Assembly (NCBI RefSeq): GCF_037042905.1
Contig: NC_087251.1
Span: 4,032,001 to 4,096,000, forward strand
Origin: Lytechinus pictus
Taxonomy: Eukaryota
Length of the DNA stretch: 64,000 nucleotides
Direction of reading: 5' to 3'
Below, one piece after another: positions 1-13,600 of the stretch. Within the stretch, counting starts at the first letter, position 1. Each line of letters opens with the position of its first letter. A program made the position numbers and the translations under genes. The notes under the pieces were generated by a model that had not been told where the DNA came from, searched no databases, and saw nothing but the letters and a program-made list of their open reading frames with translations.

Positions 1-364
1 TCCTAGTCCTCTTTTAACTTATCATTTTATTTAAAATTCTAATTCATACTCATTCATTGAATTATTAAGTTATGAAAAAAGGAATATGTATCCATTCCTT
101 TTTCATAAAACGTTTGTAGCATAGGTGTCCTCGTATTTGATAGTGGAGATGAGTACATGATGGGAAACATGGAATGGATAAAATGAAATTGAAAAAAGTA
201 TAACATCAGATTCAGTCTCAATCTACTGCCCCCAGCTCCTCAACAGCACAACTCATGTAGAATATTTTCTAATTGGTTTCATGTTGTTAATAATCTTTCC
301 GGGGGGGGGTCGGGATTTGGGGGCATCTCCCGGGCTCCCCACCACTCAAAGTGCCAATTCACAG

Positions 365-905
365 AGCACAATGCTGAAAATTTCAACAAAATCAGATAAC
401 AAATAATTAAGTTATTGAATTTTAAAGTTTAGCAATATTTTGTGAAAATAGTTATATGCACACCATCATGAATATTCATTAGGTGGGCTGATGATGTCAC
501 GTCCCCACTTTCGTTTTTCTTATGTTATTACAATCATGAAATCATAGATGTTTCATTTTTTTTATGACACATGTATGTCTCCGTCATAATGAAATGAGTT
601 GCAGAAATAAATATATAATGCCTTAAATCAGTTGTCAATCCAATTTTTTTCAGTTCTTGGTAGAAAAAACAACAACCTCATTTCATATAATAACATATAA
701 AAGAACAAGTGGTGATATGACATCAATTTACTCATGTAATATTCATGAACACATGCCTAGAACTATTTCACATGAATAATGCAAATCTCTAAATGCCATT
801 CGTTGTTATTCCTTGTCAGATTTTGATCAAATTTTCAGTGATTTGTTTGTTTGATTTTTCTTTATCTGTTTAATTCATATTATTTTCAGCCTGGAGCATC
901 ACTTA
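365..905. mobile_element. Kolobok-like MITE remnant (same family as 14544-15091 and 24880-25142)
   Basis: Shares gaacaagtgg.gatatgacatcatc...gaatattcatgaa.acatgcctagaa...ttttcagcctggag..tc.cttaa with 24930-25142; right end at TTAA. Confidence 0.6.
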
Positions 906-1901
906 AGGTGTCATTCATGTAACAGTGGACTATGTCAAACATTTTCCTGGTAGTTTCATGTGGGTACCTTAGCTTGCCAGCTGATCTAGCTCAACATTGT
1001 TGGGGGGGGGGGGTCAGGATTTTGGGAGCATCTGGCGGGGGTGCCCTACCACTGAAAGTGTCAGTTAAGTGTCATTCATGTACAAGTGAACTATGCCAAA
1101 CATTTTCCTGTTGGTTTCATGTGGTTACCTTGTCAGCTAATCTAGCTCAATATTGGGGGGGGGGGGGGCGTCTGCCGGGGGCGTCTCACCACTTAAAGTG
1201 TCAGTTATGAATTATTCATGTACAAGTAAACTATGCCAAACATTTTCCTGTTGGTTTCAAGTGGTTACCTTTCCAGCTGATCTAGCTCAATTTGGGGCCC
1301 CCAATTGGGGGCGTCTGCCGGGGGTGCCCCACCACTTTAAGTGTCAGTTAAGTATCATTCATGTACAAGTGAACTATGCCGAACATTTTCCTGTTCGTTT
1401 CAAGTGGTTACCTTTCCAGCTGATCTAGCTCAATTTGGGAGGGGGCGGGGTTTTAGGGGCGTCTGCCGGGGGCGCCCCACCACTTAAAGTGTCAGTTAAG
1501 TGTCATTCATATACAAGTGAGCTATGCCGAACATTATCCTGTTGGTTTCAAATGGTTACCTTTCCAGCTGATCTAGCTCAATTTGGGGCCCCCAATTGGG
1601 GGCGTCTGCCGGGGGTGCCCCACCACTTAAAGTGTCAGTTAAGTATCATTCATGTACAAGTGAACTATGCCGAACATTTTCCTGTTGGTTTCAGGTGGTT
1701 ACCTTTCCAGCTGATCTAGCTCAATTTTGGGGCCTCTTTTTAGGGCCCCTACGGCCACATCCACCACTTAGGACACGGCAGACGCCCCATTCATTGCATT
1801 GTGTGATATGGGGAATCACGTCATTAACATGAAAATTGTCTACCTTTTCAGCTATGCTGACCCCTCCTGGCTCCTGCTCTAATATAGCTGAGGTGGAAAA
1901 A
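900..1901. repeat. Tandem array of about 6 x ~140-bp units, probably inside a Helentron/HINE-like element
   Basis: Unit acttaaagtgtcagttaagtgtcattcatgtacaagtgaactatgccgaacattttcctgttggtttc...gctgatctagctcaatttgggg repeats over 900-1730. It is followed by the terminal inverted pair ctaccttttcagctat/atagctgaggtggaaaaa (1840-1901). Confidence 0.75.
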
Positions 1902-2733
1902 CAGGGTTAGAGAAAGGGTGAGGGAAACAAAGGAGAACTGCAATATTGTCGCAGCGCTGAAGCAAAATTCATATATATAAATTTAGAGCAAGAGTTACGG
2001 AGTTTCTGTTTTGAGAAAAAAAAAAAAGAATAAAAAGAAAAACCCACAAAGCTAGCTTTCTTCCCTTTCCTCTCTTCGCTTTTCCTTTTCTCCTCTCTTT
2101 TTCCCCTTCTTTTTTTTTTCTTTTTGGGGACGTTTTGGGGGGGCGACCGCCCCCACCGCCCCCCCTGGCTGCGCGCCTGACCTGCATTATCTGCATGCAT
2201 GGTTTCATTGATTCTAGTTGCGTAAGCAGCTCATCTTTTGGCTGACGTGAGATATTAGCATACGCGTTCTCAACTCATACGTATGCTACAAGCTGACGTA
2301 TGGTAAAAGCATACGCGTGCATAAAACCCAAATCGAGCTCGCTGATTGGTCCACTGTTTCTGGAGAACACGTACTCAATTATAAGCCTGTTCACGGTTGT
2401 AAACTGCGCACGAGCAGAAAAGGGTCATTGGAGACAACCATGAAGGTGGCTATCGAATTCACTGACATAGGCATTTGTGATTTGATGATTATTCATGTAT
2501 TCCTTTCAAAACATTTATCACATCCAAGCTGAAGAGTAATAAATAGAGCCTTCATAATCACTGGTATTTGACAGTAGCCTAAACAATAGTCAAATGTGCC
2601 AAAGGCAGACAATAAAACAGATTTCCAAACTTTATCCCTGATGTACTATTCTAGTCACCGGGGGGGGGGGGGGGGGCGTTTCATGAAAGGACTTGTCGGA
2701 CGTTTTATCCGACAAGTCCCATTTTATCCGACA

Positions 2734-4277
2734 CCCAGGACCAAAATCCAGTTGAAACCAATTAGAGCAAAACCAATTGAAACCAGTTGGCCAACTGGTT
2801 TCAATAGGGAAATTGGAACAACTGGAACCAATTGAAACCAGTCGCCAACTGGTTCCAGTTTAAAACCAATTGGGCAACTGGAACCAGTTGGCAATTGGTT
2901 TCAGTTCCAGTTGAAACTAATTAAGCAACCAGTTGGCAACTGGTTTCAATTGGTTCCAGTTGTTCCAATTTCCCTATTAAAACCAGTTGAATCAAATTGG
3001 AGGTAACTGGTTTCAATTGGTTCCAGTTGAAACCAATTGGAGGCAACTGGTTTCAACTGGAACCAGTTGAAACTAATTGGTTTCCAACTGGATCCAATTG
3101 GAACTTCTAGTTGGAATGACTTAATTAGTTACAAATTAATTAGATTTTGCACTAACTATGCCAACAAAGAAGCAGTGCTATATGTCTATAATACCAATGT
3201 AAAGGGCATTGATAAATAGACTTTCATAATGTATATATACATGAAAGATCTTCAAATATATGTATTTGTATTTGATGTAATTTGGTAACAGTTAGTGGTG
3301 TACTAATTATCTTATAATCTGTTTTAATTATAATCTATAACATTTATGAACATGGTTTTCACTGCTAAGTATTCTAAACACTTATCTGAAACAAGTATGG
3401 TACTTGAAATAGAAAAGAATTAAATAGATACATTTTAAATGATGATGAATCACATAAAACATTAATCTGTGCACACTGGCATATAATATGCAAATTAACT
3501 GGTTTCAATTGGAACCAGTTGGGTAACTGGAAAATTTCCAATTGGAAACCAATTGGAAGTCATTTCCAGTTACCCAACTGGATCCAGTTAGGATTTCCAG
3601 TTACCCAACTGGTTCCAGTTAGGATTTCCAGTTACCCAACTGGTTCCAGTTAGGATTTCCAGTTACCCAACTGGTTCCAGTTAGGATTTCCAGTTACCCA
3701 ACTGGTTCCAGTTAGAAATTATTTCCAGTTGGAAGTCATTTCCAGTTACCCAACTGGTTCCAGTTAGAAATCATTTCCAGTTGGAAGTCATTTCCAGTTA
3801 CCCAACTGGTTACAGTTAGGATTTCCAGTTACCCAACTGGTTCCAGTTAGAAATCATTTCCAGTTGGAAGTCATTTCCAGTTACCCAACTGGTTCCAGTT
3901 AGGATTTCCAGTTACCCAACTGGTTCCAGTTAGGATTTCCAGTTACCCAACTGGTTCCAGTTAGAAATCATTTCCAGTTGGAAGTCATTTCCAGTTACCC
4001 AACTGGTTCCAGTTAGGATTTCCAGTTACCCAACTGGTTCCAGTTAGAAATCATTTCCAGTTGGAAGTCATTTCCAGTTACCCAACTGGTTCCAGTTAGG
4101 ATTTCCAGTTGCCCAACTGGTTTCAATTGGTTTAAACTGGAAATTGTTATATTCCAGTTAAAACCAATTGAAACCAGTTGAAACCAATTGAAACCAATTG
4201 AAACCAGTTGAAACCAATTGAAACCAATTGAAACCAGTTGGAAATCCAACTGGTTTCAATTGGATTTTGGTCCTGGG
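2734..4277. mobile_element. Non-autonomous CACTA/EnSpm-like (CMC) element with subterminal repeats and an internal minisatellite
   Basis: TIR cccaggaccaaaatcca.ttgaaacca / tggtttcaattggattttggtcctggg; 2-bp TSD CA; dense CCAGTT/AACTGG/CAATTG motifs; 31-bp unit ggatttccagttacccaactggttccagtta at about 3560-4120. Superfamily is inferred from termini and TSD length. Confidence 0.75.
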
Positions 4278-4469
4278 CAGTTACCATAGTAACAGTACCT
4301 CTCAGCCAATCAACATCAGAGAAAGATACAATGCCTTTTGTTCTTAGAATTTCAATACTCTACCGGTAAAGCTTACGCAACATCTACATTTGAAAATGAT
4401 AGTGCTTAATTATCCTAATGAAAAATCACAAAGGTCATTTGAGAAAAGTTGATCATGAGCTAACCGTGA

Positions 4470-4691
4470 ACTGGCTTAATTGAGCATACGTATGGTAGTT
4501 GGCGTTATTGAGCGGCTTGGCTTTCCATAGCTTTCGTACGCGTCACGCGATCTCGTACTCGTACCGGTACGTCGAATCTTCGTGTTTGTTTGGGGAGGAT
4601 GAAGGTTGGTCTGCATGTTGCTTTGAATTTGACGGATCTGGAACATAGATTTCCCAATTGAAACTACGAGAGACAGTGGAGAAGGAACAAG
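4470..4691 (+). promoter_or_regulatory. Probable ATP6V1D promoter / 5' UTR
   Basis: Locally CpG-rich stretch immediately upstream of the ATG at 4692; the transcription start cannot be determined. Confidence 0.4.
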
Positions 4692-7600
4692 ATGTCGAAA
4701 GATAGAATAGCTGTGTTTCCATCTCGCATGTGAGTTCATATTTTTGCCAGCTGCCGTGGAGTAGGCCCTGGCCTGGGCCTAAAAATCATTTGCGAGGTGG
4801 AGTCCTCTAACCAATGTGGTATAAACTGGCGACATAGCTCGCGTGCAATTCGAATGACAATATCAGATAATCGTGATTTCACTGTTCAATTTGTGTGCAT
4901 GAGAATCGCATTAGATTGTGATGAATCTGGCCATGAGGTCAACTATCGAGTAGTGTGAAGGGGGGGGGGGGGGGGCATTTCTGCGCACCCATTTTAACTC
5001 GAATTTCTTTTAATTTTTTGTTTACAATAATAATTTTGGTTGGTACGGTAATGTTAATGAGTTTGGTAAATTTTTGAAAGTTTTTTTTTCTTGGAAAGCT
5101 TGTGACACTTGTGTTGGGTAAGTTGTGAATGGTGCCACAACTTGGCGTCGAGTTAGCATCGGATCTTTCTTGGACCATGCACATAGGACCTTATCGCAAA
5201 TAGCGTTTGTCGCGTTGCGTGAGGGCGTATGTCACCTAGTCTTGAGGACTCCATGATGATGTCTTTTAAAACAAATTTGACATATACTTCTCCATCATGG
5301 AGTCTTGAATCCCTTCCCATACATGCATAAGAGAATCTTGTAAATACAGATGGATTTCCCCAGGAAATCCATCTTTTTTATTAAAAATCACGAAAATTAG
5401 CAGGATTTTATTATTCTCTACGCCTAATGCATAAGAAGGTTTTAAAAAATATTGAATAAAAATACGTAAAAATAAAGGTTTCTTACCAGACCGATGTCGT
5501 GTAGATCCTTCGCTCCACATGTACACACTATTGTATTTGCGCTGTGTACATGTGGAGCGAAGGATCTACACGACATCGGTCTGGTAAGAAACCTTTATTT
5601 TTACATATTTTTATTCAATATTTTTTAAAACCTTCTTATGCATTAGGCGTAGGAAGGTGTAGACAAGGCTCGACATTAGCGGTGGCCCGGGGCCACCAGA
5701 AATTCACCTCGGGCAACCATTATTGATAAAATGTTAAGTTTTGGTGGCCCGAATCGGGCAACCAATAATTTTCAAAGTAGCGCAATTTTTCTCCTGATTT
5801 TGCACGCATTTATCAACTTTCTACAGTTCAAATTGCAACTCAGTTCGTCATGCGCCCTTTTTGTTGATCTACACACAAATACACACACACAAAGTTTGCA
5901 TATTAGGCCTACAGCTATAGCATACAGTAGCTATTATCCAGCCAGCCGCGCCGGCCGGCTGGCGTGAGCTTTGCATGAAGCCACTGCATACAGCTGTGCT
6001 CTAGATGGAGCTGCGATAAAAAATGTTGCTGCAAAGAAATCTTCCACAGAACTTTGAAAATCTGAGTCAAAGTCAAATTTTACACCAATGAAATGACATT
6101 CTACAGTCTATATTACGAAAATTTGGTGTACCCTTATTATTTGCAAGCATTAAGAAGAGGAATTATGACCTCTCTTTTGACTACAAAAGACCGATTTTCA
6201 AATGAATTAATACACATAAAAACACATAGGCAAGTACATCACAGTCCCACGTGTGCATTTGTATGTATGTTGATACTTGGTTTCTTTCGTAGCTGTGTCT
6301 TTTCTAGCCAAAAATAAACAGACAGTTTCTTTCTTTATTGTTTATAATTGACTTCTAAACCACTCTTGAGAAAGTAAATACTTTGGGAAGGCATTTCATT
6401 GATATGAAATGTGAATTTTTCCAACATTTTGGCAAATATAGGGAAGGACTTTTCTCACACTTTTTTTCCAGATATAACTTTTGCCGTTTTCTTCTTATTT
6501 TTTTCTTTCATTTTTTTACAGTGGTTAAACCATTTATACCCCTTCCCATTGAATATGCCTGATTGAAAAATATGTTTCTACTGAAAATAAAATAATATAA
6601 ACTAAAGGATATAAAAATAGAAATGTGCCATATTCCCAGAAGGTAAGTGAAAATTATTTGCTTGGCTTTTAATTATATTCCAGTCAGAATAGACTGTTGC
6701 CACATCTGTTAAAAAATATTCGTAATGGCTTCTTAATTTTCCCCATGTTTACATCAATTTTGTTTTATTCATTTTTCTTTCACTTTTTTTTTTTTTTCTC
6801 TCTAAATTTTTTCTTTTCTTTTTTTCCATGTTCTTTGTTTTTTCTTTCTTCATTTTCTTTCTTTTGTTTTATTTCACTTATTTCTTTTATTATTTTTGTT
6901 TTCTTTTTGTAATATACTTTTTGAAAATTATTTTCATTTGTTTCCCCCTTTTATGCATTGTTCTAATTTTGCAGCATATTTATCTGTGATTTTCTCAGGA
7001 CTGCTATAATATGCTGCAAAAGAGAAAACAGAAATAAACTGGATTTGGGGCCTGCATAATCTAGGTTTTAGGATTCAAAGAGGAAGAAATGAAAAACCAA
7101 TGTTTTGTACATCTATCTGAGTTTGCTATGGCTATGCACTATTTATTTACTTTACCAATATGAGTATGTGTCTATACGGAGATAAAAAAAAAGTCCACAC
7201 AACCTGCAAACAATAAAATTCATTTATTCTCTTTCAATCATTTCATTTTTACAACGATAGAAACAGTTTATATTTTACCACAAGCCAATTAGCAAAGTAA
7301 AATAACAGCAAACAAGGTTTACATACAAGATGATAAAGTGAAAGTAACTTAGTGGTAGTGGCTGCAGAATTAATATTTCAGAAGTTTGTTTTATTAATTT
7401 TTAATGTGTTTCTTTATATTTTTCGGGCCACCAAACTTTAATATCGGGCCACCAAAAATTTTTTTTTGATGGTTTTGGTGGCCCGAACGGGCCACCACCA
7501 AAAAAAGTTAATGTGGAGCCTTGGTGTAGAGAATAATAAAATCCTGCTAATTTTCGTGATTTTTATCTGGGGAAATCCATCTGTATTTACAAGATTCTCT

Positions 7601-10600
7601 TATGCATGTATGGGAAGGGATTCAAGACTCCATGATGGAGAAGTATATGTCAAATTTGTTTTAAAAGACATCATCATGGAGTCCTCAAGACTATATGTCA
7701 CCGCAAAGGTCCAGTACAATATCCTGTACTTGGCCATGTAAGGCCCACATACGGTACCCTAACTTTTCCTGAAGTTCTTTGAAAACGCAGATCTCCATGA
7801 AAATTGCATATCTCTATGGGGGAGTCTAAATTTGGTGAGAATTAACTCAATAATAACTTAAATATACATGACAATGAAGAAATCGTCAAACTTTATTGGC
7901 AGTTTTTAATAATATACCCGAAATGTAAACTCTGTCTGAAACAGAAAATCACCATCATTGAGGCCTTTACTGAACGATTGTCCCCCAGAGCTCTGGCAGA
8001 GAGACAGAGCTCAGACTGGCTAGCTAGTACAACCACTAATGCGGGCGTGCGTGAGCCTCCCGCCGGCCTTGTAAAATAGATGGAGCTTTGTTTGATGATT
8101 ATTGTCTGATATTTACCTCATCCCCTAGAAAAAATAAAACAAATGATTTTTAAAGGAGAATGAAACCCTTGAAACCAGCTGAATCCATATCAAAGAGAAA
8201 AATCAAAGAAACATATTGTTGAAAGTTTGAGGAAGATTGAATGAATAATAAGAAAGTTATGAGCATTCGAATATTGAGATCACTAGTGCCATGTAGATCC
8301 TCCCAACGGCAATGCGACCAAGATCTGTGATATCACACACGTACAACTCCCTCATTACTTTAGTACTTATTTCACTTATATTCTCACTTTTATAGAGTCT
8401 ATCACAAGGTGAGGTGTTCTCTTTATGAGATGACAAGTACAGAGGTTTCACAACATTATATCATTGATGAATCGTTTGTCATATGATTAGAATGAGCAAA
8501 AAGAGATGTTTTGGGGTATATTTTCAGTGTCCAAATGGGAGAGTTGTACGTGTGTGACATCACAGATCCTGGTCGCATTGCCAATGGGAGGATCTCCATA
8601 GCATTAGTGATCTCGACATTCAAATGCTCATAACTCTTTTATTGCTAGTCCTATTTTACTCAAAGTTTTGTTGATCTTATTCTTTGATTTTTCTGCTTTC
8701 ACAAAAGCTAACTTGCTCCAAGAGTTTCATTCTCCTTTAAGTAATAATCAACAAATAAGGTAAGTTATTTTGGATGTTAATAGGCTGTTTTGAAAAGCAA
8801 AGCCGAATGACAACTCACCAATGCGAGGTTACTAGACTGGGATTTATTTCCTGTGTAATTCGAATTATTTTATCACAGAAATGTGATATCTGTAGGGAAA
8901 ATGTGCATTAGAAATTGCACATGGTGGTAGTCATAATACATGCAACTGTTTCCCGACCGTTGCGTTTATTTTTTTTTCATACCATGTGTATGGAAAAATG
9001 TGGTACAGAAAAAAAGACGCAACTTCGGAATTTGAAACTGTGCTCCTCGCTATTTTCAAGGCTTGTTCATGATTTTGAGTTGTTATCGCTTGGCAATAAT
9101 TTCTGTGGGGGACATTAAGATTTTATGTCGCCCCTGAAAGCATGATTTTGGGTGATTTCGAGGGCGACTTTAGGCATTTCCGGGGCGAATTGCCTGCCGC
9201 CCCCGTGTATTTTTGTCGCTGATCTTGAGTTTCATTTCTTCTCAATTTCTTTGATGAAAGGCTAGGCACAGTGTATAAAACACTTGAAAGTGCTAAATTT
9301 TTATCCCTACTTATGCCCGTGTTACTTGTACAGTCGTAGTAGACAAGACTCTTTTCTGATCAGTATCTACAATACATGTAAGTAACTGTCATGGAAAATG
9401 TAAAAGGTTCACTAACCTTCCTTAATATAATTTAAATATTATTTTTGTAGCACTTCAGGGCTTCGTAACAAAAAGGTTCGCGATGGATTGCATATATGTA
9501 AGAACCACACTGATTGGTCCCTGGTCAGTATTTCAAACCAAATGCGTATGTAACATTGATATTGATTGGTCAGTTCATTTAGCGAATGATCGCTAATCTT
9601 TGTGTTACGGAGCCCAGATTGTCCAATGGGATGAGATGCCATCTTCTTTACAGTTAAAAACATATAGTTTGTTAATTATTAATCCTCCCCAACACCCTCT
9701 CACATCTAAGAGTGAACCACTGTCTCCGAGTTTCAGACAGATTGAATTCTGCAACTTTTACGATTGCAAATTGACCTAGAGAGCAGAGACCATGTAGGAT
9801 TCATCCCTTGTTTATAGTCTTTACCCTGTTTTGATTTGTCTTCATTATTTTTTCATGTGTACACAAGGGCCTTGACCACCATGAAGATCAGACTGAAAGG
9901 TGCACAGAAGGGTCACAGTCTTCTGAAGAAAAAGGCAGACGCGCTCACTCTGAGGTTCAGACAAATCCTTGGAAAAATTATTGAGGTGAGACTTGTAATT
10001 AAGCATGGGACATTGTGACATGCCCCCTAATTCCAGAATTTATGCATAGGTTAAAAGTTTGAGCCCTGGATCATGTTTATCGGATGTTGAAGTTAAAGTT
10101 CGGTCCTGTTAGATCTTTATTCAAAATATTCTGTAAAAAAACTAATTTATTATACAGCGATGGTATTCTGAGGCAATTTCATCTTTAAATATTTCATTTT
10201 ATCTCTTAAAATGAAATTGGTATTCTGAGATGAAATATTTATCTCTGAGATAAAAATAACCACTGCAATGCGGTGCACCCTTGTCACTTTAATTAAAGAA
10301 AAAGTAAAATAACCTTTAAATAGGGTTATGACTGCTTTATCTCCGGGACGTTCATTTCATGAATATTTCTAGGTGAATTAGCTCCAAATGTTGAAATGAA
10401 AATGAAGAAAAGATATACTGTAGTTATTGAGAGTAACACCTTGACATTATTTCCATGTTGTTATGTATTTTTCCCCCTCTATCTCTCTCTTTCCATCTGT
10501 TTCCCCTTTCTCCCTTTCCTCTCTTCCCTTTCTTTACTTGCCACTCTACATGTATGTCTCGTTTTTTTCTATCCAGTTGACTTTTTTCTTTTTGCTTTTA

Positions 10601-13600
10601 CATGGTCTCTTCCATCCTTTCTCCTCAGTTATCTCTCATTACTCTTTTTTCATTCTGTCGTATGAGTAATTATTTTGCTAATTCCTTTTCATTGTGTTGC
10701 AATATATGTTCATTTTATATTCCTTTAATGTTAAATATTTGTTAATTTATACTTCATTAGTGTTCTTTAACTTTTTTTATTTATGTATTTCATCATGTTA
10801 TAATGTACTGCCAGTGGAGGACACATTTCTATGTTTTTTAATATGGACCAATAAATAAATCTGAATCTGAAATCATTGTTATGGTAGTGACCCACTGAAG
10901 TACACACCTCTCAACCATTCTTATTTTTTGAGCTCTTTTGATGAGATATTCCTATTTTTTGTTGACATTACTGTGCAATCCTATGGAAAATCCTGTTTTT
11001 CTGATGATTTTCAGCAAAATCATCCCTATTTTCCATTTATATCTACATGTAGGTTGGCAGTAGTTTCCTTTTGTTTGATTCAGATTGTTTCTCTGTTGAA
11101 TTTAATACAATATTAATTATAATTCAAATCGATGGTTTGAATTTATGACAAAGAACTGTTTTAATGTAAACTTTTCTAGTGCAATATAAGAATGGCCCAT
11201 CTGATGTGGTATATATTTATCATACTTGGACTGATACTATGAATGATGCATACTTTAGTAATGCAGGAAGTCTGACTGGAATCAGAACAAGAATACAGAG
11301 GAAGTACAGATCCAGTTGAGAGGAAACTCACTGTCATTACAATGTATAAAGCATAGCTCAGATATTGACCAAACAGGAGAGCTTGGATGGCAGATATAGT
11401 GAGAGAGATAGGGGAAGAGACAGAGAGAGAAGGGGGAGGGTGTTAGTAGATGTACAACATGTAGTGACATAAATTGGGTGCCATGGGAAATTGATATACC
11501 TGTACAGAGGGGTAGCTAACTAGGAACCTAGCTATACTTAGAAAGGGAGATGGCTGCTAGGGTGAAAGATTCTTGCAAGAGGACATATTTTATGTGAACC
11601 TCTCAGTATAAAAATGAGTATTAAAAAAAGAAAAGATAATTATTCCATATCACATTATGATATGATTTCTTAATCTCTAATGTATTTCTATAATTTCCCT
11701 ATCTTTTCAGAACAAAACATTAATGGGAGAAGCAATGAAGCTTGCTTCTCTGTCTCTTGCAGAAGCAAAGTTTGCAATGGGAGACATAAGGTAATATGGA
11801 ACTTTTGTGAGTAGCTTTGAAACACAAGTTTTTTATATTACTTTCAACTGTATCATCTTAAAATCTTTCTGTGTCAGAATTTAAAATGGTGTTTAAAATC
11901 AGGAATACATTATTAATATTTATATTTGGTGAGCATAAATCCATCCATGGCAATACACTCAATTCATTTATCTAAGAACTCCCTTCTATATAAGATAATA
12001 CATTTTGTGTATTTTTTTTAAGACTCATTTATATGTTTTTCTTTTCACTCATGAGCTTATTTCATATACCATTCTTTTTATTTCTTGATGACCATTAAGG
12101 TTGAGGAAATTCTTTCATAATTACTAGGTGAGTACCTGATTATATTATAATTGATGTCGTTTGAAATATCATTATTCTGTTTGTGTGTTATTTTCAGTCA
12201 CAATGTTCTTCAGAATGTAACTAAAGCACAGACGAAAGTTAGATCAAAGAAAGAGAATGTAGCTGGAGTCAATCTACCTGTCTTTGAACATTACACAGAT
12301 GGAGCAGACAGTAAGTATTGACCAAATAATGTTGATGTACATGTAAACTTGCAGAGGTTGAACTTCCATGAGACAAATATTTGCCAAAGTTGAAAACGAT
12401 TGAAGACCAGATTATTCAAAACATATACGTGTTGTAGGCTATACCTCATCTAATTGAAATTTCTCCTAAGTTGAACAAATTTCTATGCCCCCCATCCATT
12501 GACTTCAGAAAAAATTATCTGTATTTATCATAGAGAAGTATTAGTGAAATTGTTACTTTGTGACCAATTCTTCAAATTTTGATAACATAAAAGTTTTAGA
12601 CTACTAAAATGATTTTTTTAATTTTTGATAAAGGTGTATCATGAGGGAAATGTGAACTGAATTCTTGGACACAGTAAATCTCTTGCTATAGTATAAACCC
12701 ATATGCTTTAGGTTATTCCTTTTTATAAGACAATTGAAAATATATTGGGAAGTTTGGTTTGAAAAATATAATGGACATTTTATATTTATTGAATAAGAGG
12801 CCAATGCTTTGAACCATACATTTTTTTCTTAGCAAATATTATGGTATGAGTGTTGTAAATAGAAGCAGAAACTTGTTTATCATTCATTTGGGCATATATG
12901 AAAAGGTTGCATCATCTAAATAATACAGCCTGGATATTGATCCATGAAAATTAGATCTGGGCTTCAAAAATTTCCTGTAGAACAAAGCTGCTTGTCACAC
13001 AGGACTTTAAATGCAAGTGGAATGTTAATATGTTACATGTCCCATCGATAGGCTCATACATTTGTTTCTATTAATTTCAGAAATTTGCATTTCTTCTATT
13101 AATATCACTTCTCTGCTGGGACAATGTTTGTTCAACATACATATGATTAATGATTTGCTTTGTAGCTTATGAGCTGACTGGTCTTTCCCGTGGAGGGCAG
13201 CAGATTGACAGACTAAAGAAAAACTATGCCAAAGCTATTGAGCTCCTCGTTGAGTTAGCCTCTCTCCAGACCTCCTTCATTACACTTGATGAAGTCATCA
13301 AAATCACCAACAGACGTGTAAATGCCATTGAACATGGTAAGTACATTATACATTGTAAAACGAATCTGATATGTTTTATGTGCGATAAAAACAATATAAT
13401 TTGTTAAATTAGTATTGCTTTGTATTATTGTTGTTGCTGTCATAATTTCCTTAAGATCATTAACTCTTTGTTTTTTTACATTCCAATTATCCTGGTTGGA
13501 GGTCCATATTGTAGTCTCTTGCTGCACTTGAACTGTGGTCTAAATTGTTAACTTTGGCAAGTCAATTATGACCAAACCTTAGATCGCTGTTTAAATTATT

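Noticed and set aside
932..1832. Four similar ORFs suggesting a tandem gene family
   Set aside because: They are by-products of the 140-bp tandem repeat; frames are not conserved and no domain is recognisable.
4540..4553. CLEAR/TFEB site in the ATP6V1D promoter
   Set aside because: The sequence is gtcacgcga, not GTCACGTGAC; the core E-box is mismatched.
6697..6912. Phe-rich membrane-like ORFs (also 10396-10669)
   Set aside because: They are low-complexity T/C-rich intronic sequence.
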